Positions 17,843 through 26,838 of a DNA stretch of 48,530 bases are shown here, one piece after another. Numbering within the stretch: the stretch's first letter is position 1; each line of letters begins with the position of its first letter. The notes beneath the pieces were generated by a model. It saw nothing but the letters and a program-made list of their open reading frames with translations, ran no database searches and was not told the DNA's origin. This DNA is from Candidatus Daviesbacteria bacterium (lineage in GTDB: Bacteria > Patescibacteriota > Microgenomatia > Daviesbacterales > UBA10151). The translations under genes and the position numbers were made by a program. The stretch is taken from the NCBI GenBank assembly GCA_016176465.1, contig JACOXD010000009.1, positions 1 through 48,530 of the forward strand, written 5' to 3'.

Positions 17843-18724
17843 ATGAAAGTATCAGGTAGAGATTTGGCAGATAAAATTTTAGAAAAATTAAAGCTAGAGA
17901 TTAAAGGTAAAAATCTAACTCTCTGTTTGGCGATAATTTTAGCAAGTAATGATCCAGCTCCTAAAATGTATACCCAAAGAAAAATAAATGTGGCGGGAGA
18001 AATAGGGATTAAAGCAACTTTATATGAATTTTCAGAAAACCAAGGACAAGATTGTTTTGAAACTATCCAACAGTTAAATGAAGATCAAAATATTCATGGG
18101 ATAATTGTTCAGCAACCAATGCATACTGGTTGGGATTTCCAAAAATATATTCAAGTAGTTTCTTCAAAAAAAGATGTAGATGGTTTTAAAGAGGATTCTC
18201 CATATAAGGAAGCAACAGCACTGGGGGTTTGGGAGATGTTATCTGAGTTTGGGAGAATTGAGGGTTTCAAATCAACTGATGAATTTTTAGAGGGGAAAAA
18301 AATAGTAGTTTTAGGAAAGGGTTTAACAGCAGGAAAACCCACAATTAATTTACTAACAGAAAAAGGTTTTCCACCTGAAGTAATAGATTCTAAAACTGAA
18401 AATCCAAATCAGATTATTAAAAATGCAGATGTAGTAATTTCTGCAACAGGCAAAAAAAATATTATTAATGGGGGAAATATAAAAAAGGGAAGCTTTGTAA
18501 TAGGGATAGGAGTTGGGAAGGAAGAAAAAGATGGAGAGGAAAGGATTTTTGGGGATATTAATGAGGAGGAAATAAAAGATATTGCTAAGTTATATTGTCC
18601 GACAATAGGAGGAATTGGACCACTAACTATAGCTTGTTTACTAAAGAACGTAATGGAAGCAAGCTTCACGGCTCAGGGTCCTGTCAGCTCGGTATCTCAA
18701 AGCCGTTCCTCAACTCAAGCTTGA
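17843..18724 (+). CDS. folD: Methylenetetrahydrofolate dehydrogenase/cyclohydrolase
   Basis: HGIIVQQP, KDVDGF, GGIGPLTIA. Confidence 0.92.
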   Translation: MKVSGRDLADKILEKLKLEIKGKNLTLCLAIILASNDPAPKMYTQRKINVAGEIGIKATLYEFSENQGQDCFETIQQLNEDQNIHGIIVQQPMHTGWDFQKYIQVVSSKKDVDGFKEDSPYKEATALGVWEMLSEFGRIEGFKSTDEFLEGKKIVVLGKGLTAGKPTINLLTEKGFPPEVIDSKTENPNQIIKNADVVISATGKKNIINGGNIKKGSFVIGIGVGKEEKDGEERIFGDINEEEIKDIAKLYCPTIGGIGPLTIACLLKNVMEASFTAQGPVSSVSQSRSSTQA

Positions 18725-18791
18725 TTTTCTAAAAATCAATGCAAGTCTGTGGTACGTTTTGAGACCTCTCCTCCCTGCCACCCACCTCGCC
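18670..18791. repeat. About 120-nt GC-rich imperfect hairpin across the folD stop
   Basis: ttgatttt/aaaatcaa inner stem, tctcaaa/tttgaga middle stem, gggt/accc outer stem. Confidence 0.6.
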
Positions 18792-18794
18792 TAC

Positions 18795-18830
18795 TTGACT
18801 CTAGACTCTAGCGACTAGTCACTATATAAT
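18795..18830 (+). promoter_or_regulatory. Sigma70-like promoter with heptamer repeats in the spacer
   Basis: TTGACT 18795, TAGACT 18802, TATAAT 18825; ATG 7 nt later. Confidence 0.6.
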
Positions 18831-18837
18831 ACCAACC

Positions 18838-19110
18838 ATGGGTTTAATGGATACATTTAAACAGCTTGGGGATCTCAAAAAGATGAGAGATCAAGCTATG
18901 GAAGTGCAAAAAAAATTATCAGGAATAAAAATAACTGTAGAGCATAGAGGGGTAACAGTTATAATGACTGCAGATCAAAAAGTTGTTTCTATTTCAGGTG
19001 AGTTAGATCATGAGAAAATTGCAGAAGCTGTTAATGAAGGATTAAAACAATCTCAAAAAGTTGCAGCTGAAGAAATGAAATCTTTAATGGGTGGCGTGCC
19101 AGGAATGTAG
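18838..19110 (+). CDS. ybaB: YbaB/EbfC nucleoid-associated protein
   Basis: QAMEVQKKL, IAEAVNEGL; lies between dnaX and recR. Confidence 0.85.
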   Translation: MGLMDTFKQLGDLKKMRDQAMEVQKKLSGIKITVEHRGVTVIMTADQKVVSISGELDHEKIAEAVNEGLKQSQKVAAEEMKSLMGGVPGM

Positions 19111-19833
19111 CTACCACTGGCAGTCTGCTGCAAAATTTACATTTCCTAATAAATTATTTAAAGTAGGAGTCCCATTGGTAAATGGTGCTGAGTAAAATCT
19201 CATTTCATAATTTGAGCCTAGTGTGCTACTAAGTTGTAAATTTCCCTGGCCTCTAATTCCTCCAACATGATCATTATATGCTCCTCCCACATCTACTGAG
19301 TTGGGATAATTACCTGACTGATAAAGGAAATAAAATGGTGAAGGATTTCCTCCTGATATGATTCCCCAAACCCCATCATCATATGCTTTAGTTTTAACAG
19401 AACCATGGAATTCAATATCAAAAGTACTTTCTCCGTGATAACAGCTAACGGTTAGGGTCACATGATCTCCGTTATAAGCATAAAAAGGTGCTGAACTTGG
19501 AGTAGGAGTGGGGGTGGGAGAAGGAGAGGGTGCAGGGGTTGAATTAGTCGAGTTATTATTTTGGCTCGTAGAAGAATTATTGTTAGCTGATGGGGAGGGA
19601 CTTGGATTAGACTTAGAAGTTGCGCTGGGTGAAGGGGAAGTTTTTAGAGATAAATTATTTGTAGGTGATGGAGAAGGTGAGGATTTTTGTTTAGTAGATG
19701 AAGTTGCTTGAAAACCTTTGTCAGGAGTTGGCTGCCCTCCATTGAGAGGTATTTTATTTAATATAAAAAACCCACTTCCCAATAGCAATAAGCATAACAA
19801 CAATTGGAGCAACACCCTTTTGATTGTTATCAA
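19111..19833 (-). CDS. Membrane-anchored Ser/Pro/Thr-rich hypothetical protein
   Basis: N-terminal hydrophobic helix, SPSP linker, beta-rich C-terminus. Confidence 0.65.
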   Translation of the reverse strand: MITIKRVLLQLLLCLLLLGSGFFILNKIPLNGGQPTPDKGFQATSSTKQKSSPSPSPTNNLSLKTSPSPSATSKSNPSPSPSANNNSSTSQNNNSTNSTPAPSPSPTPTPTPSSAPFYAYNGDHVTLTVSCYHGESTFDIEFHGSVKTKAYDDGVWGIISGGNPSPFYFLYQSGNYPNSVDVGGAYNDHVGGIRGQGNLQLSSTLGSNYEMRFYSAPFTNGTPTLNNLLGNVNFAADCQW

Positions 19834-19916
19834 GACTGAGTGTAGTCGAATTGGGCATTAAATTAAGAATAGGTTAGTGTTTAAATAATATCAACAATAA
19901 TAATCGATATTACCCC

Positions 19917-19952
19917 GGTAACAAATTAATCTACGTGGTTTAAATTGTTACA
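19917..19952. repeat. 36-bp dyad site U2, upstream of PaaX/Cas2-like gene 2
   Basis: ggtaacaaattaatctacgtggtttaaattgttaca. Confidence 0.88.
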
Positions 19953-19981
19953 TAGGATGGTAAAATGAATTACAAATAATT

Positions 19982-20563
19982 GTGACTGAGAAACAAAAAG
20001 ATATAGCTAAAAATATTATATTGGCTCTTGGGATAGTTGGAGCAGTATCTATGATAATGATAGCCCCTGGACTAGCTAAAGCGATACCCTTACTTGCAAA
20101 AATTGATGTTAGACGAATCAACCAAGAAATAAAAAGGCTAAATAAACGAGGACTTGTGGAGATTATTAAAAGAAAAAATAAGGTACCTTTAATTAAACTG
20201 ACTAAAGAAGGAGAAAAGAAATTATCAAGATACCAAATCGATAAGTTAGAAATTGAGAGGCCAAAAAAATGGGATGGAAAATGGAGACTGGTGGTGTTTG
20301 ATATCCCTATAACTAAAAACTATTCCAGAGCAGTACTTCGCAAAAAGATGAAAAATCTTGGGTTTTATAAATTACAGTCGAGTGTGTTTGTCCACCCCTT
20401 TCCATGTTTTGAAGTATTGAAATTTATAAGGGATTATTTTGGAGTTAGCAAAGAGGTGGAGTATATGGAAGTTAATAGTTTGGAAAGTCAAGACATGTTA
20501 ATATCTTACTTTTTTACGAAACAAATTAATCTACGTAGAACAAATTGTCACAATTTCAGATAA
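19982..20563 (+). CDS. PaaX-like protein (wHTH plus Cas2-like fold), copy 2
   Basis: LTKEG; WDGKWRLVVFDIP, LGFYKLQSSVFVHPFPC. Confidence 0.82.
   Translation: MTEKQKDIAKNIILALGIVGAVSMIMIAPGLAKAIPLLAKIDVRRINQEIKRLNKRGLVEIIKRKNKVPLIKLTKEGEKKLSRYQIDKLEIERPKKWDGKWRLVVFDIPITKNYSRAVLRKKMKNLGFYKLQSSVFVHPFPCFEVLKFIRDYFGVSKEVEYMEVNSLESQDMLISYFFTKQINLRRTNCHNFR
20517..20552. repeat. 36-bp dyad site D2, overlapping the 3' end of gene 2
   Basis: cgaaacaaattaatctacgtagaacaaattgtcaca; 29/36 identical to U2, direct orientation. Confidence 0.88.
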
Positions 20564-20611
20564 CATATATTTGTATAGTGCATAATAAGAAGAATTTGAT
20601 AGAATGCTACC

Positions 20612-21208
20612 ATGGCCACTATCCCCAAAGTTGTTAGAGATTTAATAGAAAGTTTTGAAAGGTTACCGGGTATAGGGCCTAAAACTGCGCAAAGATTAAC
20701 TTACTATTTACTCCATGCTCCAAAAGAAGAAGCAAAAGCGCTAGCTGAGGCTGCAGTTGCTTTAAAAGAAAAAACTGTGATTTGTTCAATTTGTTTTAAT
20801 ATCTCTGAGAAAGATCCTTGTGAAATAGATACAGATCCAAGTAGGGATAAATCTATTATAGCAGTGGTGGAAGATCCATTAGATGTTTTGGCTTTAGAGA
20901 AAGCAAATTTTAAAGGGCTTTATCATGTATTACACGGTGCAATTTCTCCTTTAGAAAATATTGGGCCAGAAGAATTAAAAATTAGGGAGTTATTACCTAG
21001 GTTAAAAGATAGAGCAGTTAAAGAAATTATTTTAGCAACAAACCCTACAATGGAGGGTGAGGCAACTGCAATGTATATAGATAGATTAATTAGACCCTTA
21101 GGAATAAAAGTAACCAGAATTGCCAGAGGCTTACCTGTTGGGGGAGATTTAGAATATGCGGATGAAACCACTTTATCAAGAGCCCTAGAAGGTCGTAAAG
21201 AATATTAA
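20612..21208 (+). CDS. recR: Recombination mediator RecR
   Basis: [36 protein letters not shown]. Confidence 0.98.
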   Translation: MATIPKVVRDLIESFERLPGIGPKTAQRLTYYLLHAPKEEAKALAEAAVALKEKTVICSICFNISEKDPCEIDTDPSRDKSIIAVVEDPLDVLALEKANFKGLYHVLHGAISPLENIGPEELKIRELLPRLKDRAVKEIILATNPTMEGEATAMYIDRLIRPLGIKVTRIARGLPVGGDLEYADETTLSRALEGRKEY

Positions 21209-21706
21209 ATGGATGAAGAAATTGATATTGTAGATGAGCTGGGAAATATTCTATATTCCATCTCCAAAATAGAGGCTCATAAAAAAGGATTACTTCATAA
21301 AACTGTTATTGCAGAAGTAATAGATTCAAAGGGTAATATTTATTTAGTAAAACAATCCTCAGATAGGCAAGATGCAGGGCAATATGTATCCCCAGTGGGT
21401 GGACATGTTAAAAAGGGAGAAACTGAGGAGGAAGCACTAGTAAGGGAGGTTTTAGAGGAAATAGGTTTAACTGATTTTGAATATGAGTTACTTGGAAGAG
21501 AAATTTTTAATAGGGAAGTTTTAGGTAGAATTGAAAACCACTTTTTTATTGTTTTTAAAATTACAACAGATAAAGAATTTATTTTAGGAGATGAGGCAGA
21601 TGATTTTGAAAAATTTAACAAAGAACAACTAATAAAAGAAGTAATGATAAATCCCAAGAAATTTGGTAATGTCTTTCACTTTGTCTTTGAAAAATTTTAC
21701 AAATAA
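21209..21706 (+). CDS. NUDIX hydrolase (IPP isomerase-like)
   Basis: GGHVKKGETEEEALVREVLEEIG Nudix box; AHKKGLLH. Confidence 0.88.
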   Translation: MDEEIDIVDELGNILYSISKIEAHKKGLLHKTVIAEVIDSKGNIYLVKQSSDRQDAGQYVSPVGGHVKKGETEEEALVREVLEEIGLTDFEYELLGREIFNREVLGRIENHFFIVFKITTDKEFILGDEADDFEKFNKEQLIKEVMINPKKFGNVFHFVFEKFYK

Positions 21707-21709
21707 TAA

Positions 21710-23005
21710 ATGCTAAAAACTTTTACTCTAAAAAATGGGATCAAGGTTGCTACTTATAACCTTCCTAATGTCAAATCTATTCACATTAGAATAAGTTCTA
21801 AAGGTGGATCTATTGTTGAGAGTAAAGTAAATAATGGTGTTGCTCATTTTATGGAACATATTTTAGTTCAAGGTACTCCTTCTTATCCTACAGTTGAGGA
21901 TTTATCTTTATTTATAGAAAGTTTAGCAGGTAACTATAATGCTCAAACTGAAAAACTTTTAATTAGTTTCTTTATAACAACTCCTGCAACTCATATTGAG
22001 GATGCTATCAAAATAACCAAGGAAGTATTTTTTGATCCTTTATTTGCCAAAGATGCAATTGAGCGGGAGCGGGGAGCGCTACTTAATGAAATAAAACAAA
22101 ACATGGATTCTCACTATTTTGAATTAAATAGATATTTTTGGGAGACAAGAGTCAAGAAGGAACACCCCCTAACGCTTTTTACAGGCGGGGCATTAGATGT
22201 AGTTTCAAAATTAACAAGAGATGACTTAGTAAATTATTGGCAAAAGTATTTTCTATCTAAAAATAGCTATCTTTTAATTTCTGGTAATTTTGAAGAGAAA
22301 AAATTAATCAAACTTTTGGAAAAATACTTTGAAAGTATAGATTCTAAAAAGGTCTTTAGTGGATTTCCTAAAATGTCTGATTTAGATTTATCTGAAAAAG
22401 AAGTTTTTATCAGGTTTGATCAAAAGCTTGGGATTAATTATATAGATATAACTTGGCCCTCCATAAAAATGGAAGACACTTTAAAATTAAGGTTGATTCA
22501 AAATTTGGCTCTAACTATTTTAGGTGGTTTAAGAAACTCCAGATTGTTTAAACTACTACGCTCTCAGAGAGGTTTGGTTTACTCCATTGGATCTAGTGCT
22601 TCAATTTTGCCTGGCTTGGGACTAGGGTATATCTCCTCACAGGTGACTAGTGAGAACTTAGTTGAAGTATTAGATCTTACTTTTAAAGAACTTTTTACTT
22701 TTGTTCATAATGGACCAACTGATGAAGAATTAAGTTTTGCTAAGAATTATTTATCAAACCAATGGTTTATGGCATTTGATCACCCATCAGTTATAGCTGA
22801 GTGGATTGAGAATGATTTGCACTGGAATGACAAAATAAGGTTGCCTGAGCAGTATTTAGAGATACTGAAAGAAATTAAAAAAGAAGATCTACTTAAGTTA
22901 ATGCAAAAATACTGGGATTTTGCTAAGCTCAATTTAGTAATCCAAGGACAAATTGAAGATTCTAAAGAAAATAGAGAAAAATATATGGAGTATTTAAATT
23001 TGTAA
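21710..23005 (+). CDS. M16 (pitrilysin/insulinase) zinc peptidase
   Basis: GVAHFMEH (HxxEH), SRLF.LR..RGLVY. Confidence 0.92.
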   Translation: MLKTFTLKNGIKVATYNLPNVKSIHIRISSKGGSIVESKVNNGVAHFMEHILVQGTPSYPTVEDLSLFIESLAGNYNAQTEKLLISFFITTPATHIEDAIKITKEVFFDPLFAKDAIERERGALLNEIKQNMDSHYFELNRYFWETRVKKEHPLTLFTGGALDVVSKLTRDDLVNYWQKYFLSKNSYLLISGNFEEKKLIKLLEKYFESIDSKKVFSGFPKMSDLDLSEKEVFIRFDQKLGINYIDITWPSIKMEDTLKLRLIQNLALTILGGLRNSRLFKLLRSQRGLVYSIGSSASILPGLGLGYISSQVTSENLVEVLDLTFKELFTFVHNGPTDEELSFAKNYLSNQWFMAFDHPSVIAEWIENDLHWNDKIRLPEQYLEILKEIKKEDLLKLMQKYWDFAKLNLVIQGQIEDSKENREKYMEYLNL

Positions 23006-23008
23006 ATT

Positions 23009-23434
23009 ATGGGAGATGGAGCAAAGGGTGCGATAAAAGGAGTAATGAAAGATTTGGGAGAGGCTGTTGTTAAACCTGTGGCTAATGAGGCATCCACCAT
23101 AATTAATGAAACCATCCAGTCAATTTCTGGTGGTGGAAGTACTCAAAATCCTCAGGACGAACATAAGAAAAAAGAGGAAGAACAAAAATTAAAAGTTGAA
23201 GAAGCAAATAAAAAAAGAAACATTGAGATGTTTTTAAGGCAACTGCAAGAACAAGAACAAAAATTAAAAGCTACCCGCCAAAAGGAAGCTCAAGAAAAAC
23301 AAGCAAAAGAACAAGAGGAGCAACAAAAAAAACAAGTTAAACAATTTAAAGTATTTGAACAACAAAAGAAAAAACAAGATATTAATTTAGCAACTAAACA
23401 GCGAAAGACAGAAATAAAAAGAGGAAGTGCCTAA
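23009..23434 (+). CDS. Lys/Gln/Glu-rich coiled-coil hypothetical protein
   Basis: 141-aa ORF in operon spacing. Confidence 0.6.
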   Translation: MGDGAKGAIKGVMKDLGEAVVKPVANEASTIINETIQSISGGGSTQNPQDEHKKKEEEQKLKVEEANKKRNIEMFLRQLQEQEQKLKATRQKEAQEKQAKEQEEQQKKQVKQFKVFEQQKKKQDINLATKQRKTEIKRGSA

Positions 23435-23470
23435 TTGGCTTATTAATCCCTTATTTGATAAAATCCTAAC

Positions 23471-23740
23471 ATGGAAAAGGCAGATGATCCAGAACTTGAA
23501 CTATATAAAGAAATAGGGGCTTTACCTTCAAATCAACAAAGGCTTATTAGTGCTTTATCAAGCCATCTATTAGAACGAGATGTACATGAAAGTTTTGCAA
23601 CTGATCCTTTAAAATATCAGGCATTAAAAAAACTTCTAATTTCCAGAGGGTTTGATGAGAAAGGTTTAGTGCTGGCAATGCGAGTTTTTGGGCTAGAAGA
23701 AATTTCTGCGGAACCACCTGATAGACCAAATTTGCCCTAA
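23471..23740 (+). CDS. Small hypothetical protein, possible Fic antitoxin
   Basis: Own TGaTAAAAT promoter; ends 3 nt before the fic gene; SHLLER. Confidence 0.55.
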   Translation: MEKADDPELELYKEIGALPSNQQRLISALSSHLLERDVHESFATDPLKYQALKKLLISRGFDEKGLVLAMRVFGLEEISAEPPDRPNLP

Positions 23741-23743
23741 AAT

Positions 23744-24598
23744 ATGGTTAAAGCTCCTGAAGAAATATTGTCTGGTGCGCTACGAGCAAATGAATTTGAT
23801 CCTGATATATTTCATTCCTTCCAGGAAATAGGCAATGTTTACCGATGTGTTACTATTGAAGACTCTTGGCTAAAAGATAGAGTTACGCCCGGCATCCTTT
23901 ATATTTCCGAACTTCACGCTAAATTATTTGATAGAGTTCCAACCTATTACAAAAAAGGTCTACTCCCCCTTCCTCCGGGAACTTTTAGAAGAGAAGATAT
24001 CTATCTATCCAGCCAACCCCCAAACTTTTACTCTCGGGGACTGGATGTATCTCCGTTAATGGACGAATATGCCCGAGAGCTTGATAAAATAATAGAATCT
24101 CTACCACGAAGCCCCCTGGATAAAATTGAAGATATAATCCATCAAGGTGCTTGGAGTTATTATGTCTTTGAAAGGATCCACCCGTTTTTGGATGGGAATG
24201 GGAGAATTGGCAGAATGATTCTAAGAAGAATTCTAAGGGGAACCGGGTTAAAAGATATTATCTTTAGTGCTGCTTCAACTCCCAAAGGCTCCAAAAGGAG
24301 TGAAGAAGAACGGAACAAACATTTAGATGCAATGAGTAGGGTTAGCTCAACTGGCAATTTAGCTCATTTAGAATTATATATTGCTAGACAACTACTCAAA
24401 GTATATCCAAATTCAGGTGAAAACAAAGGGGTTGTGGCCGAATTACAAGGTTTGATAGATAAAAAAACAATGGAGGTGGAAACTCAGACAGCAAGATTGC
24501 CTTTGGAGAAGATTTGGCCAAAATTTGGAGATATTGATATTCATGGCAGCGAGGATGATTTAAAAACTCCAGCTGAAACAAGCTCTATTAGTAATTAA
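23744..24598 (+). CDS. Fic-domain protein
   Basis: HPFLDGNGRIGR canonical Fic motif. Confidence 0.92.
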   Translation: MVKAPEEILSGALRANEFDPDIFHSFQEIGNVYRCVTIEDSWLKDRVTPGILYISELHAKLFDRVPTYYKKGLLPLPPGTFRREDIYLSSQPPNFYSRGLDVSPLMDEYARELDKIIESLPRSPLDKIEDIIHQGAWSYYVFERIHPFLDGNGRIGRMILRRILRGTGLKDIIFSAASTPKGSKRSEEERNKHLDAMSRVSSTGNLAHLELYIARQLLKVYPNSGENKGVVAELQGLIDKKTMEVETQTARLPLEKIWPKFGDIDIHGSEDDLKTPAETSSISN

Positions 24599-24607
24599 AC
24601 TTGATTA

Positions 24608-26029
24608 ATGCTCAAATTATTTAACACTCTTTCTAAAAAAATAGAAGACTTTAATCCTCTAACTTCTGAGCAAGTGGGTCTTTATACTTGTGGCCCCACT
24701 GTGTATGATTTTATGCACATTGGCAACTTAAGGACTTTTTTATTTTCTGATACTTTATATCGGGTCTTAAGCGCTAATGGATATAAAGTAAAGTTTATCC
24801 AAAATATTACTGATATTGATGACAAAATTATTAAAAAAGCAAAAGAAGAAAACATACCATTAAGCGAAATAACTAATAAATACACAAAATTTTATTTTGA
24901 AGATTTAAAAAAACTAAATATCACTCCAGCAGATGTTTACCCAAAAGCAACTGAGCACGTTGGGAAGATGGCCAAGTATATTGAGAAATTAGTAGAAAAA
25001 GGGCTAGCTTATGTAGAAGAGGATGGATCAGTTTATTTTGATATTTCTAAATTTGAAGATTATGGAAAACTATCAGGAGTAGAGGGTCGGACCCTCAAAA
25101 CCGGAACAAGGATTTTATCTCGCGCAGCGAGAGAGCTTCGCTCATCTGATGAGTACAATAAAGATAATATTCAAGATTTTGCGCTTTGGAAGGCTGTTGA
25201 AGCAGATGAGAAAGTAGGCTATGATTCTCCGTGGGGAAGAGGAAGACCAGGATGGCATATTGAGTGTTCAGTTATGAGTCAGGAATATTTAGGGGATACT
25301 TTTGATATTCACGCAGGAGGAGTGGATTTAATTTTTCCCCATCATGAAAATGAGATTGCTCAGTCCGAAGGTTATACTGGTAAAAAATTTGTAAATTTCT
25401 TTTTACATGGTGAACATATTTTGGTTAATGGAGCCAAGATGAGCAAATCTTTAAAAAACTTTTACACACTAAAAGATTTAGAAAAGAAAGGGTCGGACCC
25501 TATGGCCTATAGGTACTTAGTTTTAACTGCTCACTATAGAGATAAACTAAATTTTACTTGGGAAAGTTTGCAAGCTGCAAGCAATGCTTTAAATAAACTA
25601 AGGGAGGAGATAAGGGGGTGGCCTAATGTCATCCTGAATGCAAATAAAGGATCTCAAGATTTAGATTCTTCTCCCCTCTGGGGGCCTTCGGCTCAGAATG
25701 ACAATTATTATCAAAGATTCCTAGATGTTTTAAATAATGATTTAAATACACCCCAAGCTTTAGCAGTTCTCCATGAGATGATTTCATCAAATAGTCCAAT
25801 ATCTAACAAAGCTAAATCACTTCTAGAGATGGATAAAGTTTTAGGGTTAAAGTTAGATGAATATTTAGGAAAGAAATTAGAAATCCCTGAGAGGGTTAAA
25901 AAGTTAGTTGAGGAAAGAGAAGATGCAAGAAAGCAAGGCAATTTTGAAAAATCTGATGAACTTAGAAAAAAAATTATAGAGTTGGGTTTTGAAATAAAAG
26001 ATACCCCAAAGGGCCCCAAAATTACATAG
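24608..26029 (+). CDS. cysS: Cysteine--tRNA ligase
   Basis: CGPTVYD, HIGN, GRPGWHIECS, KMSKS. Confidence 0.98.
   Translation: MLKLFNTLSKKIEDFNPLTSEQVGLYTCGPTVYDFMHIGNLRTFLFSDTLYRVLSANGYKVKFIQNITDIDDKIIKKAKEENIPLSEITNKYTKFYFEDLKKLNITPADVYPKATEHVGKMAKYIEKLVEKGLAYVEEDGSVYFDISKFEDYGKLSGVEGRTLKTGTRILSRAARELRSSDEYNKDNIQDFALWKAVEADEKVGYDSPWGRGRPGWHIECSVMSQEYLGDTFDIHAGGVDLIFPHHENEIAQSEGYTGKKFVNFFLHGEHILVNGAKMSKSLKNFYTLKDLEKKGSDPMAYRYLVLTAHYRDKLNFTWESLQAASNALNKLREEIRGWPNVILNANKGSQDLDSSPLWGPSAQNDNYYQRFLDVLNNDLNTPQALAVLHEMISSNSPISNKAKSLLEMDKVLGLKLDEYLGKKLEIPERVKKLVEEREDARKQGNFEKSDELRKKIIELGFEIKDTPKGPKIT
25082..25096. repeat. Family E palindrome AGGGTCGGACCCT (copy 1, in cysS)
   Basis: gagggtcggaccctc; the same 13-mer occurs at 25489 and, reverse-complemented, at 36144. 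Confidence 0.75.
25489..25501. repeat. Family E palindrome (copy 2, in cysS)
   Basis: agggtcggaccct. Confidence 0.75.
25627..25703. repeat. Family A element in frame in cysS
   Basis: tgtcatcctgaa...tcagaatgaca; encodes VILNANKGSQDLDSSPLWGPSAQND. Confidence 0.9.
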
Positions 26030-26038
26030 GTCCGAGAA

Positions 26039-26773
26039 TTGATTGACTTAGCTATGTCGGATTTGTTATTTGAGATTAAATTCAGAAGTGATTATAGACA
26101 CCCTCGTACACCGGAAGATAATGTTTGGTTGGAAAAAGTAAATAACCAACTGAAAAGAGGTAGGACTTACACATATAGCTCTCCTACAGAAAGAACAGCT
26201 GATCAAGGTGCAATGGTTGCGGCGGCAAAAGCAATGATGTTACATAGGAGAGAATTAAAAATTCCAGAGTGGGCAGCGACCGATGCCCGAAGGTTACTTG
26301 TTGCCGACTATGGCATTACCGGTGCAATTCCTCAGGGAGGAGTAGGCTCGATTATCTTTGATGAGGAATTAGGGAGGTGTGTTGACCTTGAGCATAAAGG
26401 GATCAGCATTCAAGGTACAGTAGAAGAGTATTATTCAAGGAATTGGGATAATGATCTGGCAAAATTTCAACCCCCAAAATTAAAAGGAAAAAGACACATA
26501 AGGTTAGGAGATTTTATTGATATAATCCAAGCTGCAATTATTTATCAATATTCCAATGGGCAGGAAGAGTCAGCAAAGATTGAGGAGATTTGCATGCAAC
26601 CATTACTTTTGGCCGGGTTAGATGTTGAAAAAGTACCTTTAATATTTGGTTTTGTTAGAGAACTTAAAACATGGCAGGCAATAGCTTCCTCTACCGAAGT
26701 GGTTATTCCTCAGACTCGACCACTCTCAATGCTTAGAGTGGAAAATTTTATATTAGCAAAAAGGGTGAGTTGA
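26039..26773 (+). CDS. Hypothetical protein, start uncertain
   Basis: 244-aa ORF; no motif recognised. Confidence 0.6.
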   Translation: MIDLAMSDLLFEIKFRSDYRHPRTPEDNVWLEKVNNQLKRGRTYTYSSPTERTADQGAMVAAAKAMMLHRRELKIPEWAATDARRLLVADYGITGAIPQGGVGSIIFDEELGRCVDLEHKGISIQGTVEEYYSRNWDNDLAKFQPPKLKGKRHIRLGDFIDIIQAAIIYQYSNGQEESAKIEEICMQPLLLAGLDVEKVPLIFGFVRELKTWQAIASSTEVVIPQTRPLSMLRVENFILAKRVS

Positions 26774-26838
26774 TCTTCGTCTAAATTTCGGCTAAGATTT
26801 TAATCTAGAGATTCTTTGCTAGAATGCTCAGAATGAAA

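Noticed and set aside
19490-19720. Repetitive GGAGAAGG/GGTGAAGG tract and a + strand ORF
   Set aside because: Explained by the Ser/Pro linker codons of the minus-strand gene.
1036-20563. CRISPR-Cas locus suggested by Cas2-like domains and 36-bp repeats
   Set aside because: No cas1 or effector genes and no repeat-spacer array; the repeats come in pairs 600-669 bp apart around a gene.
25627-25703. Intron or intein in cysS, rarA or dnaX
   Set aside because: Inserts are under 90 bp, in frame, lack splicing motifs and also occur between genes.
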